A stretch of DNA of 60,991 bases, counting the filler, from Globobulimina sp. (taxonomy: Eukaryota): assembly GCA_003354225.1 (NCBI GenBank). It is 15 parts of 15 records of this genome, joined end to end, with 100 filler letters (N's around TTAATTAATTAA, not from the genome) between each part and the next. Parts side by side here need not be neighbours in the genome. Positions count along the whole stretch, not along the records: positions 36,668 to 40,639 come from PIVH01001806.1; positions 40,740 to 44,711 come from PIVH01001807.1; positions 44,812 to 48,782 come from PIVH01001808.1; positions 48,883 to 52,852 come from PIVH01001809.1; 11 more parts are not named here. One strand, written 5' to 3'. A program made the translations under genes and the position numbers. Of the stretch, positions 37,371 to 48,993 are shown one piece after another. The notes under the pieces were generated by a model that was not told the origin of the DNA, ran no database searches, and worked only from the letters and a program-made list of their open reading frames with translations. Numbering within the stretch: position 1 is the stretch's first letter; each line of letters starts with the position of its first letter.

Positions 37371-40369
37371 ATGAGTTCTGAACAGCTGTACAATACATAT
37401 TTAAGGCAACATATCAAATCAATTTTATTGGGATCCATTGATGATGCAAAATTCCACGATGTTGCATTCAATGTCGGAATGTCGGAAGACACCCAGAAAT
37501 TCTATGGTTTTAAATCATTTTTTGCGATTCAAAGCAATAAATGGCATGAATTATTGTATAATAATAACAAACTAAATAATTATAAAGACGTCGACATGAA
37601 ACAAGAGGAGGATTGTTTGGAATTGCCACTTGGCGAAGAGAATGAAATTCAAATAAAAACCAATCCATATTATCCAAAATCTGTATCGATATTCACACGG
37701 ATATTGTAATATATTTACTATTTCTATCGAATAAATTTGATTCTATTCCACAAGAATTCAAATGGAAAGTATGCGTTTCGTGGACAGTGAATGATAAAGA
37801 TAATAAACCACAACATCGCAATGATACCGATCCTCTACAATACGAAGGAAATCAATGTGTGCCGTCTCCGATTCTTTGCTCAATTTTAAGTTGGATTGGA
37901 ATTATTTTGGCAATGAAAATGCCGATGATCGAGAGCTTAAAATTGATCATGACAGCAAATCGAATGAAAAGTTGGTACAGCAAGATTTCCGTAGTAAATT
38001 GGGGCAATTTGTGCCATTTTTTGTATTTACCACAATGGATTGGGCCTTTTTTATCGAAAATGTGTATTCATTGGAGGTGTTAACCAACGATACGGTGATA
38101 TATATTTTATGTGATTATGTGCTTAAACACGCACAATTTATGCTGTCCACAGACCGAAAGAAAAGATTTTTTTTACCCACCACAAAATTTATTAATTATA
38201 TAAAAGAACAGAAACAATTCGTGCTTAACACACAGAAGAACACAGAGGATGGTGACGACGGAATGGGGGAAAAAGATATTATTTTGCAATTGGTTGAATT
38301 CATACAATTCAATACAAACAACATTGAAAATAAGAAAAAATCGACTCGTTACAGTGCCGTTGATGCCGCATTTGAAAGGAAGAGAGTCAAGAGACGCTCC
38401 TCAAATTGCATACCATTTCTTTATACTGGCGATTCTAAACAGAAATACAGCCAAAATGCCTCAGATCAGGTTAGCAAACGTTGCGACAGTCGAGATATAG
38501 GATCGTTATATCCGAAGTTGTGTGAATCGGTTGAAAATAAGTTGGAGAAACTAAGCAATCGTCCATTGTTAAATGATGTTAGATTCAGATTAAATTGCGA
38601 TAAATCATTACATTTTGGTATACGAGCTTTGTTTGCGTTGCATTCGAAAGTATTCGATTCTATGTTATTCAGCAGAATGTTTGTTGAGTCCAGCAAACAG
38701 ACAGAAGTTTATTTGGATAATATCAATGGAGAAACATTTAAAATTTTGCAACGGATTCTGTTGGGATTGCAATCGGGACCCATTACCAGACAAAATATAG
38801 TGGGGATATATTGCTTTTCCGATACTTATTTGATGATTGATATAAGATCGTTTGCGCTGAAATTTATATGTTGCATTAATATTGATTCTGGCACAAAAGC
38901 TGCAGATTTTATTGATATTATTGCCACATTACATGAGTACCAATCCAGTGCATTTTGGAATTTATTCATTGCGCAAATATATGAAGATGGCGTTACGTGT
39001 TCGCAGAAGGAATGCGATTATTTGGTGGACCATTTTAAATTTGCCAAACTGTCAAAAGATATTATTAAACCATTTGTATTTGAATCCAATTTGTTTGCGG
39101 TTTATTCACAGGAAATGTTATGGAAAACTATCGTAAAATGGGCATCGAGTCAATTCAAAGCAAATTTATTTCTACAAAATGCATTAAAGCCATTTTTAGA
39201 GTTTTTCAATTTGTATAAAATGAATTATAACAAATTATCAGGCAAAGAATTTCTAATATTACTCAACAATGCCAGATATAAACGGATATTCGAGATCATT
39301 AAAGCTAAAAAATGGCCATTAAAGCATTGCAAAAACGTGTTAGAAAATGCGTTATTCAAATCATTGTCATTTGAGATCGCGGATCATATTGTTATGAATC
39401 TCAATGTGTATCATAATGTTCACGAAGAATTGTTATGGTCCGCCTGCGTCAAATGGTGTATGGCACTAAAAAACAACCAAAAATTAAGTGGAAAATTGAA
39501 ACCGTTTCTGAAACATTTTTTATTTTCGACTATGTCTATTGTATATTTTGAATGGAATGTGGTTCCGCATAATGTTTTAACGGAATATGAAATATATAGC
39601 GTATATGAACGATTTTGCGATTTTCACGGTGTCGCCGCGACCATAAATTCACAAAATGCGGTAAGATTATGTTTGGGAGCAAGTAAACATTCGCTCCGCA
39701 AATTGCAACGACATTGTCTGTCGGTGGTGGCCTCAATGAATATTTCTAATGAATGTTCTCGATTTTTAACTATTATGAAACAGTTATATGAGTCTAAGAA
39801 AATTAATAATTTCACGAAACAAATGTCGACGTTGTTTGCAAAAAGACGTTGGTCAAACTCAGAATGTTGGACTGTTGCAAATAATGCACACTTTGAACTG
39901 TTGCCGTTGGAACTTGTTAAATTGGTAATATTTGAAGCAAATCAGTTTGGAGAATTTAGTGAAGCTCAATTATGGCAGATTTGTGTGAAATGGTGCGATG
40001 TAAACAGTAATTACGCCAACCAACGAAATAAAAAATTAAGAGAATTTGTGTGCTATTAATTTTAACAATATGACAATATCATTTTTTAGAGCAAATGTGG
40101 AGAATTTGAATGTATTGACGGATTCGGAGATAATGAGAATTAATCAAAATTATGTAACACATTTATTGGACGTGGTGCGGCAGAAAAATGAAACAATAAA
40201 ACAACAAAAAGGAGTAATTGCGTCGCAGGAATACAAAATCAAAGAAATACAATCAATAATCTCAATTCAACAATTCGTTCAAAAAATAATTACATCGGTT
40301 GTCTGGAAGATGATATTCGAAATCTTAAAGCTCAAATATCCAGATTGCGAAATTAAGTGTTTGTACTAA
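37371..40369 (+). pseudogene. BTB/POZ + repeated BACK-like protein, broken by three frame changes
   Basis: Two BTB starts (HDVAFNV..FYGFKSFFAIQS and NDVRFRL..FGIRALFALHSKVFDSML). Repeated E..LW..CVKW units. Frame changes near 37655, 37825 and 40050. Confidence 0.65.
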
Positions 40370-40739
40370 TAATAGTGGCTGTTGTGTGAAATTGTTTGTG
40401 TTTGTGTTTGTTGTGTGTCGTAAATAGTAAATAATAGTGTTTGTTGTGAATTAAGTGTGCTATTTTTATGACAAGGTTAAGGGTATTGGTCCGCTATTTT
40501 TATGCGTTTTTACCTGTTTTGTCTCGAATCCATTTAATTTCTTCATAATAACCAATACAAATACCAGTAATACAATATCCAATCTTTCAAACTTCTCTTT
40601 TTCTTCGCAGTAAACAAAAAGCTATTTCGCTTTGTAAATNNNNNNNNNNNNNNNNNNNNNNNNNNNNNNNNNNNNNNNNNNNNTTAATTAATTAANNNNN
40701 NNNNNNNNNNNNNNNNNNNNNNNNNNNNNNNNNNNNNNN

Positions 40740-40833
40740 ATGGATATGGTACCGTTTCCACGGTTACATTTTCTAATGTCTTCAATGTGGCCGTTAATAC
40801 CAAACAAAAGTCAAAATATTATATTCAAAGATG
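40740..40833 (+). repeat. Exact 94-bp copy of tubulin coding sequence 43642-43735
   Basis: Base-for-base identity from ATGGATATGGTACCG to ATTCAAAGATG. Confidence 0.97.
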
Positions 40834-41112
40834 CTTTTTACTCTTTACATGTTGATTCCATTCGGATTTTGATCCAATATCTACCAAACAATCTTTACAG
40901 CGACGGGAATATCGGTTGTTTTTAAATTTTGTTTTGTTGTTTGTATTATTTGTATGTATTGCAGTGTCACATAGATTTTTATTTCGATGATCATGGCTTG
41001 TATACGGAAACAGTGTTTGTCGTTGTTGTATATGTAATTTATATGGTGTTCCGTCATCAATTTTCCTTCGTTTCAATGATGGTTTACCGCAGGAAATCTT
41101 TTTTTCGTGCAT
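40825..41112 (-). CDS. U1/matrin-type C2H2 zinc-finger protein fragment
   Basis: CKDC-x12-H-x5-H (CKDCLVDIGSKSEWNQHVKSKKH) and an NLS-like KRRKI. The ORF ends at the junction with the duplicated tubulin piece. Confidence 0.55.
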   Translation of the reverse strand: MHEKKISCGKPSLKRRKIDDGTPYKLHIQQRQTLFPYTSHDHRNKNLCDTAIHTNNTNNKTKFKNNRYSRRCKDCLVDIGSKSEWNQHVKSKKHL

Positions 41113-41400
41113 GAAGCAAATCTGTATGACATGGTTTAATTTTTCGGGCTCTCAGACGCGAAAAATAGAAGTTCGCGAAAAATAGATGTTCTACAGTATA
41201 CCATCTCCAATGATTCCGATTGGCCTCTAGCTTCTTCAGCTGCTTATTCCGCGTTTGCAGCAAACTTGATTTTAGAGTTTATTTTCAGTTGACACAAAAA
41301 CTGTGCTGAGATAATCATAATTCAAACTCCGCAAAGAATAATAATTAATTAATTAATAAGTATTTATAATCATCAACTAGCACTATCAACTTTAATTAAA

Positions 41401-42766
41401 ATGCATAAACCAGCTATATCAGTTTGTTGTGGGGAAGGAATATGTTATTGTTATCACTGTTCATTAATCAATGCAATCCGAGCCAATAAAATTGCTGATG
41501 GAATTCCTCATGATTTGCTCTATTCGATTACCGATTACATTGGAATCTATGCAGTCTATGGACACTTATTCAACAATAAATATCAAATACTGCCTCCATT
41601 ATCAAATTCGATGGACAAACCCGACAGAATTTATATAAATGGAAAGCATGCTTTTTTTTATTCACAAAATAACAAATTAGAGCATGCGTACGTTACGACA
41701 AATACATTTAGTATTCCATCACAATTGCAATTCAACACTACGCAATCAATGTTTTCTTCTATAACCGACAGAGTGCGACAATTGTTTGGTCTCCGCCAAA
41801 CCACAGCCATTGATGACAAATTTATCATCGGTAAAACCAACAACATTGAGGCTACAAAGTTTATTTTGGTCAATACTATTTCTTTGGAATTGTTTGAAAT
41901 TGATTTTACGAATTTTCATTACAAAATATCGCCGATGCCACTTCTCAGCGCAGAATTAAAATCTTCGCAAAGCTCAAAATCTGACAATAAAAGATGTCAT
42001 CCATATGGATCATAATTCAGTTGTAGGAAATTATTGGTTTTTGTTCGAACAGGGTTCATTGATTCAAATCCCTGATATTTTGGGACAATTTGCTCATTCA
42101 TTAAATAATAATTACCCCGGCAATATTCGTGGGTTCAGGGCAGTCAAACTCTTAAGCAACGCACACGAGATTGCAGTGGGTAGAAGTCATCAATTAATTG
42201 TTGATAAAGATAGAAATTTGTGGGTTTGTGGCAATCCATGTTACCAGCCAATGCAGCCCGGTTTGTCATCAATTGGAGCTGATCGACATTTTGTTTGGGG
42301 GCAAATTCCATTGCATCCATTCCCTTTTCCAGACAAATTGTTTCAAAATAATAATGTTAAAATTATCCGATGTGGGATTGATGCGGATGTTTCGTGCGTT
42401 ATTTTAGAAAATGGACTGTGTTTTTTATTTGGTAGACTGAAATGTAAAAATGGAGTTACTGTGATTAATTTCAGCTATTTCACAATGGATAAATATGCAT
42501 CGCGGACTTTATTCCAAAGTTTTGAGGATTGTTCGGGAGTAAAAATTGTGGATGCAGCTGTTGACAGAGAACGTGTTGTTTTATTGGACAATGAATCGAA
42601 AGTGTATGTTCTGGGAATGATACATTTGCACAATAAACTGGCAAAAATGTTTACAACTCCATATCAAATCAATAGGCATGACATTAATATTTTGAATGTA
42701 AGGCACAAAATTGTTAAAATACTTAGCTGTGGGACGAGGAGTTTTTTTGTTACAAAGATTGAGTGA
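41401..42766 (+). CDS. F-box-like + RCC1-like repeat protein with one frameshift
   Basis: IPHDLLYSITDY, then EIAVGRSHQLIVDKDRNLWVCG, IIRCG..SCVILENG, VVLLDNESKVYVLG and ILSCG..SFFV. Frame change at about 41958. Confidence 0.65.
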
Positions 42767-42801
42767 GTTCCTCGCACTTTGATACTAGTTTTGAGTAAAC
42801 A

Positions 42802-44253
42802 ATGGCAGAGGAAAGGCCAAATAAACAACGCGAAATTATAACAGTAAATTGTGGTGGCTGTGGTGTAAATTTGGGTGAGAACATATTAGAACAGTTTGCG
42901 TTGGAACATGGTATATCATCATCAGGATACAAAGAATTGGCAACAAAGTATGATTCAACAATACCAATATTATTTGATGAAACTTGCAAAGGCAAATACA
43001 TCGCACGGTCATTATTTACAGATTTGGATCCATATTCAATTAATAATATTAAAAAACGATGTTCATACAATTCATTATTACATCCAGAATATTTAATTAA
43101 TGGCAATAGCGGTGCTTGTGTTAATTTTGCAATGGGACATTATACAAAAGTTACTTATAATATTAATATATATTTCATATAAAATAACGTTAACACTTAA
43201 CAGGGCAAAGAAATAATTGAATCAATAAACAATGCATTACGAACATTAGTAGAGGCCGCAGATAATGTACAGGGCTTTTTATTCAATCATTCATTGTCAG
43301 GAGGAACCGGCGGTGGTTTAGGAATGTTAATTTTAGACCGGATTGCAACCGATTATAGAAAAAAAATCAAATTTGGAATGAGTGTGGTTTTTAATCCAAA
43401 TCGAGCAACTTCTTCGATGGAAATATATAATGCATTGTTATGTCAACATTGGTTATTGGATCACACGGATGTTGATATTGTTTTTGATAACAGAGCAATC
43501 GCAAATATTTGTAAAAATGTATTAAAAATTGACGATCGTGCTGCTACGTATAAGGATTATAATAATTTAATCACAAAGTTAATGAGTGATCTTACTGCAA
43601 CTTCGCGCTTTGCCATAAATGAAATATTTGGTTCAATTCATATGGATATGGTACCGTTTCCACGGTTACATTTTCTAATGTCTTCAATGTGGCCGTTAAT
43701 ACCAAACAAAAGTCAAAATATTATATTCAAAGATGATATACAGACTCTGACGAATCAATGCTTAGTGGAGAAATATTTTATGGTTGATACACCGGATTTT
43801 GATCCATATGAAGATAAGAATATGGCAGTATCATTTTGTTGCCGTGGCGAGAATATTAATAAATATATGTCGCAGTGTAATGCATCCATGCAATTTATGA
43901 GAGTGAATAAGAAATTTACTTTTACTGAATGGAGTGCCGCAAAACCAATGGTTAAATTTGTCGATGTGAAAGCTAGCAAAGCAAAAAATGATAATATGTT
44001 AATTACAGATAAACAAATATCAATGATGATGAATAATACTTGCATTTCAAGATTATATTCAGACAGAATTGGGAAACAATTTGATATATTATACTCAAAA
44101 AGGTCCTATGTACATCATTATGTTTCCGCTGGAATGCAAGAAGGTGAATTTGCAGAAGCTAGAGAAGATTTGGGTTTCTTAGAAAAAGATTATTTAGATG
44201 TTGTATCTGATCAAGTCACTGATGATTATGATGATGAGGATGATGATTATTGA
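42802..44253 (+). CDS. Highly divergent alpha-tubulin (retarian alpha-2-like), 2 exons, 465 aa
   Basis: Intron 43150-43203 joins GHYTK/GKEII. Motifs QREII, HSLSGGTGGGLG, VPFPRLHF and EGEFAEAREDLGFLEKDYLDV, with an acidic tail ending in Y. Confidence 0.92.
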
Positions 44254-44329
44254 ACAATATTCACTTTTAATTGTTTTTCTGTTTTTTTTGTGTATTAAAT
44301 GAAAGTAACAAGTCCGACAAAGTACAAAG

Positions 44330-44574
44330 TACATTGAATTAAAAAGTCGTCTAAATTTAAATTAACCTTTTGATTCACTAATATGGGTGAATATAATTCA
44401 TGAAACTGACAGCAAAAAGAAAGAAAAAAACGTTAATTAATATATAAATAGATAAGACTGATAATTTGGTTGGCGGTGTCAAGTAGAAAATAAAACGTTT
44501 CCTTAATTCAATGTATTTTAATTCAATGTATAATACAATATAAACTTAAACGACTTTTTATATAATTCAATGTA
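44330..44574. mobile_element. AT-rich MITE-like inverted-repeat element
   Basis: TACATTGAATTAAAAAGTCGTCTAAATTTAAATT (44330-44363) pairs with the reverse complement of 44537-44574 (TACATTGAATTATATAAAAAGTCGTTTAAGTTTATATT). AATTCAATGTA is reiterated at 44505-44610. Confidence 0.6.
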
Positions 44575-44811
44575 TAATTTAATTTAATGTATTAATAATT
44601 CAATGTATTTTAATGTACAATATAATAAGAATAATTATAGTGCTCGCAATAGATAATATAACAGATATGCAAATTGTTCGGGATGGTATAAGTGCGTCAT
44701 TACGTTGTGTTNNNNNNNNNNNNNNNNNNNNNNNNNNNNNNNNNNNNNNNNNNNNTTAATTAATTAANNNNNNNNNNNNNNNNNNNNNNNNNNNNNNNNN
44801 NNNNNNNNNNN

Positions 44812-45128
44812 ATGGATATGATGATTTGGAGATAATTGCTGATGTCACATTTGATGAATTGGTAAATATAGGAATTGATAAAAGTGGTCATCGTAAGAAA
44901 ATAATTAAATATGCACAGAAATTAAAACATAAAAATCAAGGATTGCTTCCTCAACAACAGCAACAACCAGCTGCACACCGTCAAAATATAAGTAATAGTA
45001 TCGGATTGTCGTGGACTTGTTCACAGTGTGATACCTCAAATCCATATACAGCACAAGCATGCAGTCTTTGTGCTTATGTCAATAAATCAGAAGTTGAAGG
45101 AACAAATGTATTGGATACTGCAAAGTAA
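44812..45128 (+). CDS. SAM domain + RanBP2-type zinc finger (5'-truncated)
   Basis: GYDDLEII..ELVNIGIDKSGHRKKII is a SAM domain. WTCSQCDTSN...CSLC is an NZF/RanBP2 finger. Confidence 0.85.
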
Positions 45129-45370
45129 TCATTTTGACCGACTTATATTATTGCAATTATAAGGATCCATAGCCACAGACATGCCACCACTACGCTCCTC
45201 ACGTGACGCTCGTCAATTTTAACTAATAGGTCATAGCAGACATGTGTATGTATACTGTCTGTATAACTATGAAATAATTGGCTTTAAACAACATGCTGTT
45301 GTTTAAATATGGAGATTATTTCAACATCAAAAATCACAATTTTCAACATCAAACCATAGAAAGAACTACA

Positions 45371-46228
45371 ATGTCTTTACTCAAATTGCTACTGACACTC
45401 TACATTTGTCAACCATTTGCAATTTATTCATCATTTATACACAACAAATTACGTTTTTCACCAATGCTAGCAGTGCACCAAAGAAATGAGCAAATTACCA
45501 ATCAAACAAGAATGAATGATTTACAAATTATCCATGATTTCAGTGAATTTGCATCAATTCAAAAAATGTACAAAAGCTTATTCCAATCAAAACAAATTTC
45601 AGTAATGGATGTTGCAAATAATTTCAAACATTACGATGGAATACTTCATTTTACCCACCCTGAATTTTTGAATTGTGAGTTGTTTGAATTTTACCAAAAG
45701 CTTAATAAAACTTGTATTGTTCGAGGTAAAAGTATTGGAATCCTGGGAATGCAATTGCCAGTACCTGAGGAAGTTAATTATTTTTGTATTAAAGCCAGAA
45801 ATAGATCTCCAAGAACATGTACACTGCCTCAGTCAGAGGTATTTTTGTTTGCATTTTTTAGTAAAAATGGAGATTACTTACGTACCATACTCCGTCAATT
45901 CATATTTCCTTCCATATACATTTATATGATGGATGATACGGATATGGATTTGCTGATACATAACATGATCAGAATGATAAATGGTGCAAAAACCTTGTGT
46001 GTCTATGGACAGTTTAAACAATATCGAGCAACACTTGGTTTTGCGCGGTTGATACCGGTATCGAATGACATACCGACATTGTTTATATCCCACAAAGAGG
46101 ACTGTATTTGGGAACTTAATCATTTTCTAAGAAATAGATTGCACACAACTACAAGGTCTACAGCTGGGTGGAGGAAGATCGCAAAAGATAAGAACAAAAA
46201 TGCTTGTACATGTTGTCGTGTATGCTGA
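45371..46228 (+). CDS. Hypothetical protein with N-terminal hydrophobic leader
   Basis: 286-codon open frame from MSLLKLLLTLY, ending ACTCCRVC*. No family recognised. Confidence 0.55.
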   Translation: MSLLKLLLTLYICQPFAIYSSFIHNKLRFSPMLAVHQRNEQITNQTRMNDLQIIHDFSEFASIQKMYKSLFQSKQISVMDVANNFKHYDGILHFTHPEFLNCELFEFYQKLNKTCIVRGKSIGILGMQLPVPEEVNYFCIKARNRSPRTCTLPQSEVFLFAFFSKNGDYLRTILRQFIFPSIYIYMMDDTDMDLLIHNMIRMINGAKTLCVYGQFKQYRATLGFARLIPVSNDIPTLFISHKEDCIWELNHFLRNRLHTTTRSTAGWRKIAKDKNKNACTCCRVC

Positions 46229-46305
46229 GATTGTACTGTTTATTTAATATTTATTTTGTTTTTCCAGTGTACCTTAGTTCCAAAGTGGGTATTATTTATA
46301 AAGCC

Positions 46306-47427
46306 ATGCCAAGTTCAGAATCGTTCGAAATGGAGTACAGATTACTGGGCAAAACAGGATTGAAAGTATCAGTATTTGGTTTTGGTTGCATGACATGTAA
46401 CACTGCTTCCAATGCAAAATCACTATTATCAGCAGCTCGTAAATATGGTGTAAATTTTTTTGATCATGCAGAAATTTACGGAAACCCAGCTGGTAAATCC
46501 GAATATGTATTTGGCAAAGCATTGAAAGAGCTGCAAGCAGAAAATCCAATATTATGGAGAAGATCTGACTTAATTATAACAACCAAATTATTCTATGGCC
46601 CTAACCGGGGCGACATTGGTATTGGAATGGAAGAGCGCCAAAAGATTGGCCCAAATGAGATTGGCCTATCAAAGAAACGCTTATTTGAAGGTATTAATGG
46701 TTCATTACAGCGATTGGGTTTAGATTATGTAGACATTGTATTTGCTCATAGATGCGATGGATTAATGTCAATGCGAGAGATTGTTAAAGCATTTACATAT
46801 ATAATTCAAAGCGGAAAAGCATTATATTGGGGCACATCAAACTGGAAACCAATTGATATTGTCAATGCATACTGGACTGCACAGACAAATGTTGGCTTAA
46901 TTGCGCCAATAATTAGTCAAGAACGGTATAATATGTTTAATAGAAACGTTGTTGAATCAGAGTATAAAGCATTGTTTGGTGAGCCATATAATTTAGGGTT
47001 GAGCACATGGGGTGCTTTGGATAGTGGTATATTGAGTGGTAAATATATGAATAAAGGACAAATAGCAAGGGATGGGAGATTAAGTGGTAATAATCCATTG
47101 GGCTCATATGTAGGTCATTTAGATTATGTTACAAATGAGAAAACAAGCAAAGTTGAGAGATTGTCACAAGTTGCAAAAGAATTGAATGTGTCATTGGTGA
47201 ATTTAGCACTTGGATGGCTGATCAAAAATGGCAATGTTAGTACGTGTATATTGGGAGCAACAAAGCCAACACAAATAGACAGCGCAATAAAAAATACCAT
47301 TATTGCTGCAAATAGAATTACACCACGATATGTGGCACAAATTGAAAGCATTTTAAATAATAAACCGAAATTAGGCACATTGCATAAACAATGGAGAACT
47401 GCAAAGAAACTTGTATCAAGATTGTAA
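46306..47427 (+). CDS. Aldo/keto reductase, Kv-channel beta-subunit-like (AKR6)
   Basis: Motifs MEYRLLGKTGLKVS, FFDHAEIYG, WRRSDLIITTKLF, YVDIVFAHR, ALYWGTSNW and GILSGKY. Confidence 0.92.
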   Translation: MPSSESFEMEYRLLGKTGLKVSVFGFGCMTCNTASNAKSLLSAARKYGVNFFDHAEIYGNPAGKSEYVFGKALKELQAENPILWRRSDLIITTKLFYGPNRGDIGIGMEERQKIGPNEIGLSKKRLFEGINGSLQRLGLDYVDIVFAHRCDGLMSMREIVKAFTYIIQSGKALYWGTSNWKPIDIVNAYWTAQTNVGLIAPIISQERYNMFNRNVVESEYKALFGEPYNLGLSTWGALDSGILSGKYMNKGQIARDGRLSGNNPLGSYVGHLDYVTNEKTSKVERLSQVAKELNVSLVNLALGWLIKNGNVSTCILGATKPTQIDSAIKNTIIAANRITPRYVAQIESILNNKPKLGTLHKQWRTAKKLVSRL

Positions 47428-47586
47428 AATTATAATATCGTCACTTAAAAAAACAGTCTTAAAGCAATCCTCTCATCATGTTTACCTTGATAGTAACGGT
47501 TCTTTTATATGCTGCCCAAGTATAAATTGATCCTGAGTCTTAACGAAAAGATTTTTAAAGAAACTTTTTATCTTTACTGGTTGACA

Positions 47587-48782
47587 ATGTTATCGGAAAC
47601 ATCAACATATCGTATTTTTCTCATTGGGACCATTGTAGCAAATTATTGTATATATTCTCCAATATTGACATATTTCCTACAGAAGTTTTACAAATTGAAA
47701 CGTACATTGCTTTATGAAAAAAGGTTATGATATTTTGTTGATGTATTAACGCAGAAACCACCGCTACGGAAAAGTGTGGTTCTGTTTCATTTGTTCAAAT
47801 ATTTATTGATACAAAGTGTTACCGGTTTCATTTGTTTGATTTTTGAGCCATGCACTAAATTATAACATACACAAAACAGATATGGTAAACTAGTCTGCGC
47901 ATCAAATATTGTGGCATTATTACTATTGCTGATTACAAGACCATTACAAATGCTACGTAGTGTAATACCAATGTCATCATTCATGTACAACAATGGCATA
48001 TTTATATTAAATTCGTATTTATACACATTATTTATATATCTCATGACGTGGAGGTTTTATCTCTTATTTTTTCGTTTAAATTGGAAGAAATCCAGCTTAA
48101 ATTCACAATGGAAACAACATTTAAACTCACAATCAAACAGATCACCTGCAGCTGCAACAAAACTTGATTTTTTTTTGCAAAACAAAACCACATACAAACA
48201 CAAATCCGGAATATGGTTTATTATCATATATTTTATGCATACTACACTTATCTGCATTGCCCATAGCTATACAAGAGACACAATAATTGAAATTGCCATG
48301 TCGTTGCCTCCCTTTATTGTTGTTGTGTTGTTATGGAAAGCAACACCACAATTTTATGATTATTTTTTCATTCGAAATGAAATGAAATGGCTATGTATAA
48401 CGTATGCTATTGACATACTGTGTAGCTTTGCAGTTTATGTCGCTAAAACAGACTCTTTGTACCAAGTTTAGTGTTTTTGTTTTTTGTTTCTCTCAATTTG
48501 TGTATTTCTGCGATAGATCGTTATTGCGAACGTGCGATCATTTACGTTATTAATGATGGTATTGACCACAACCTTTTATGTTTGGTATAAAAATGAAACA
48601 GAAATAATATCAGATAGCGATGCCGGAGAGTCCGGTGTAAATTTGTCAAATTTTGATTTCAATTCTCAAGCATCTGAACAACATACAATAGTTCGGATAT
48701 TATCCACACTGCGTTGCCGGAAACAAAATGCAAACAAAGAAAGAGATCGGACACAAGTCATTGATTTAATTGGTAAAATTGA
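47587..48782 (+). CDS. 7TM protein, possibly 7TM-RGS type (3'-truncated)
   Basis: Intron 47724-47879 joins EKR/YGKL. A second intron lies near 48466-48516. About 7 hydrophobic segments. Any RGS domain would lie beyond the contig end. Confidence 0.6.
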
Positions 48783-48882
48783 NNNNNNNNNNNNNNNNNN
48801 NNNNNNNNNNNNNNNNNNNNNNNNNNTTAATTAATTAANNNNNNNNNNNNNNNNNNNNNNNNNNNNNNNNNNNNNNNNNNNN

Positions 48883-48939
48883 TCGGCAAAAAAGAAAACA
48901 ACCAAAAAGAAAAAAACAGCAAGAAAATCAAAGAAATAA
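48883..48939 (+). CDS. 3' end of a Lys-rich histone-like protein (H1 or extended core-histone tail)
   Basis: SAKKKTTKKKKTARKSKK* at the contig start, followed 38 nt later by a histone-type stem-loop. Confidence 0.6.
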   Translation, partial: SAKKKTTKKKKTARKSKK

Positions 48940-48977
48940 ATTTCAAGCTTTCTAAATATACTTTTTATTTTTTACCA

Positions 48978-48993
48978 GGTGTTTTTCAACACC
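48978..48993 (+). promoter_or_regulatory. Histone mRNA 3' stem-loop-like element
   Basis: GGTGTT-TTTC-AACACC followed by ACC. Perfect 6-bp stem and 4-nt loop, matching the geometry of metazoan GGCTCT-TTTC-AGAGCC-ACC. Confidence 0.75.

Noticed and set aside
41401-44253. RCC1-tubulin fusion protein through the GTGAGT donor at ~42763
   Set aside because: The nearby acceptors give out-of-frame products or hit the TAA just before the tubulin ATG. Treated as two genes.
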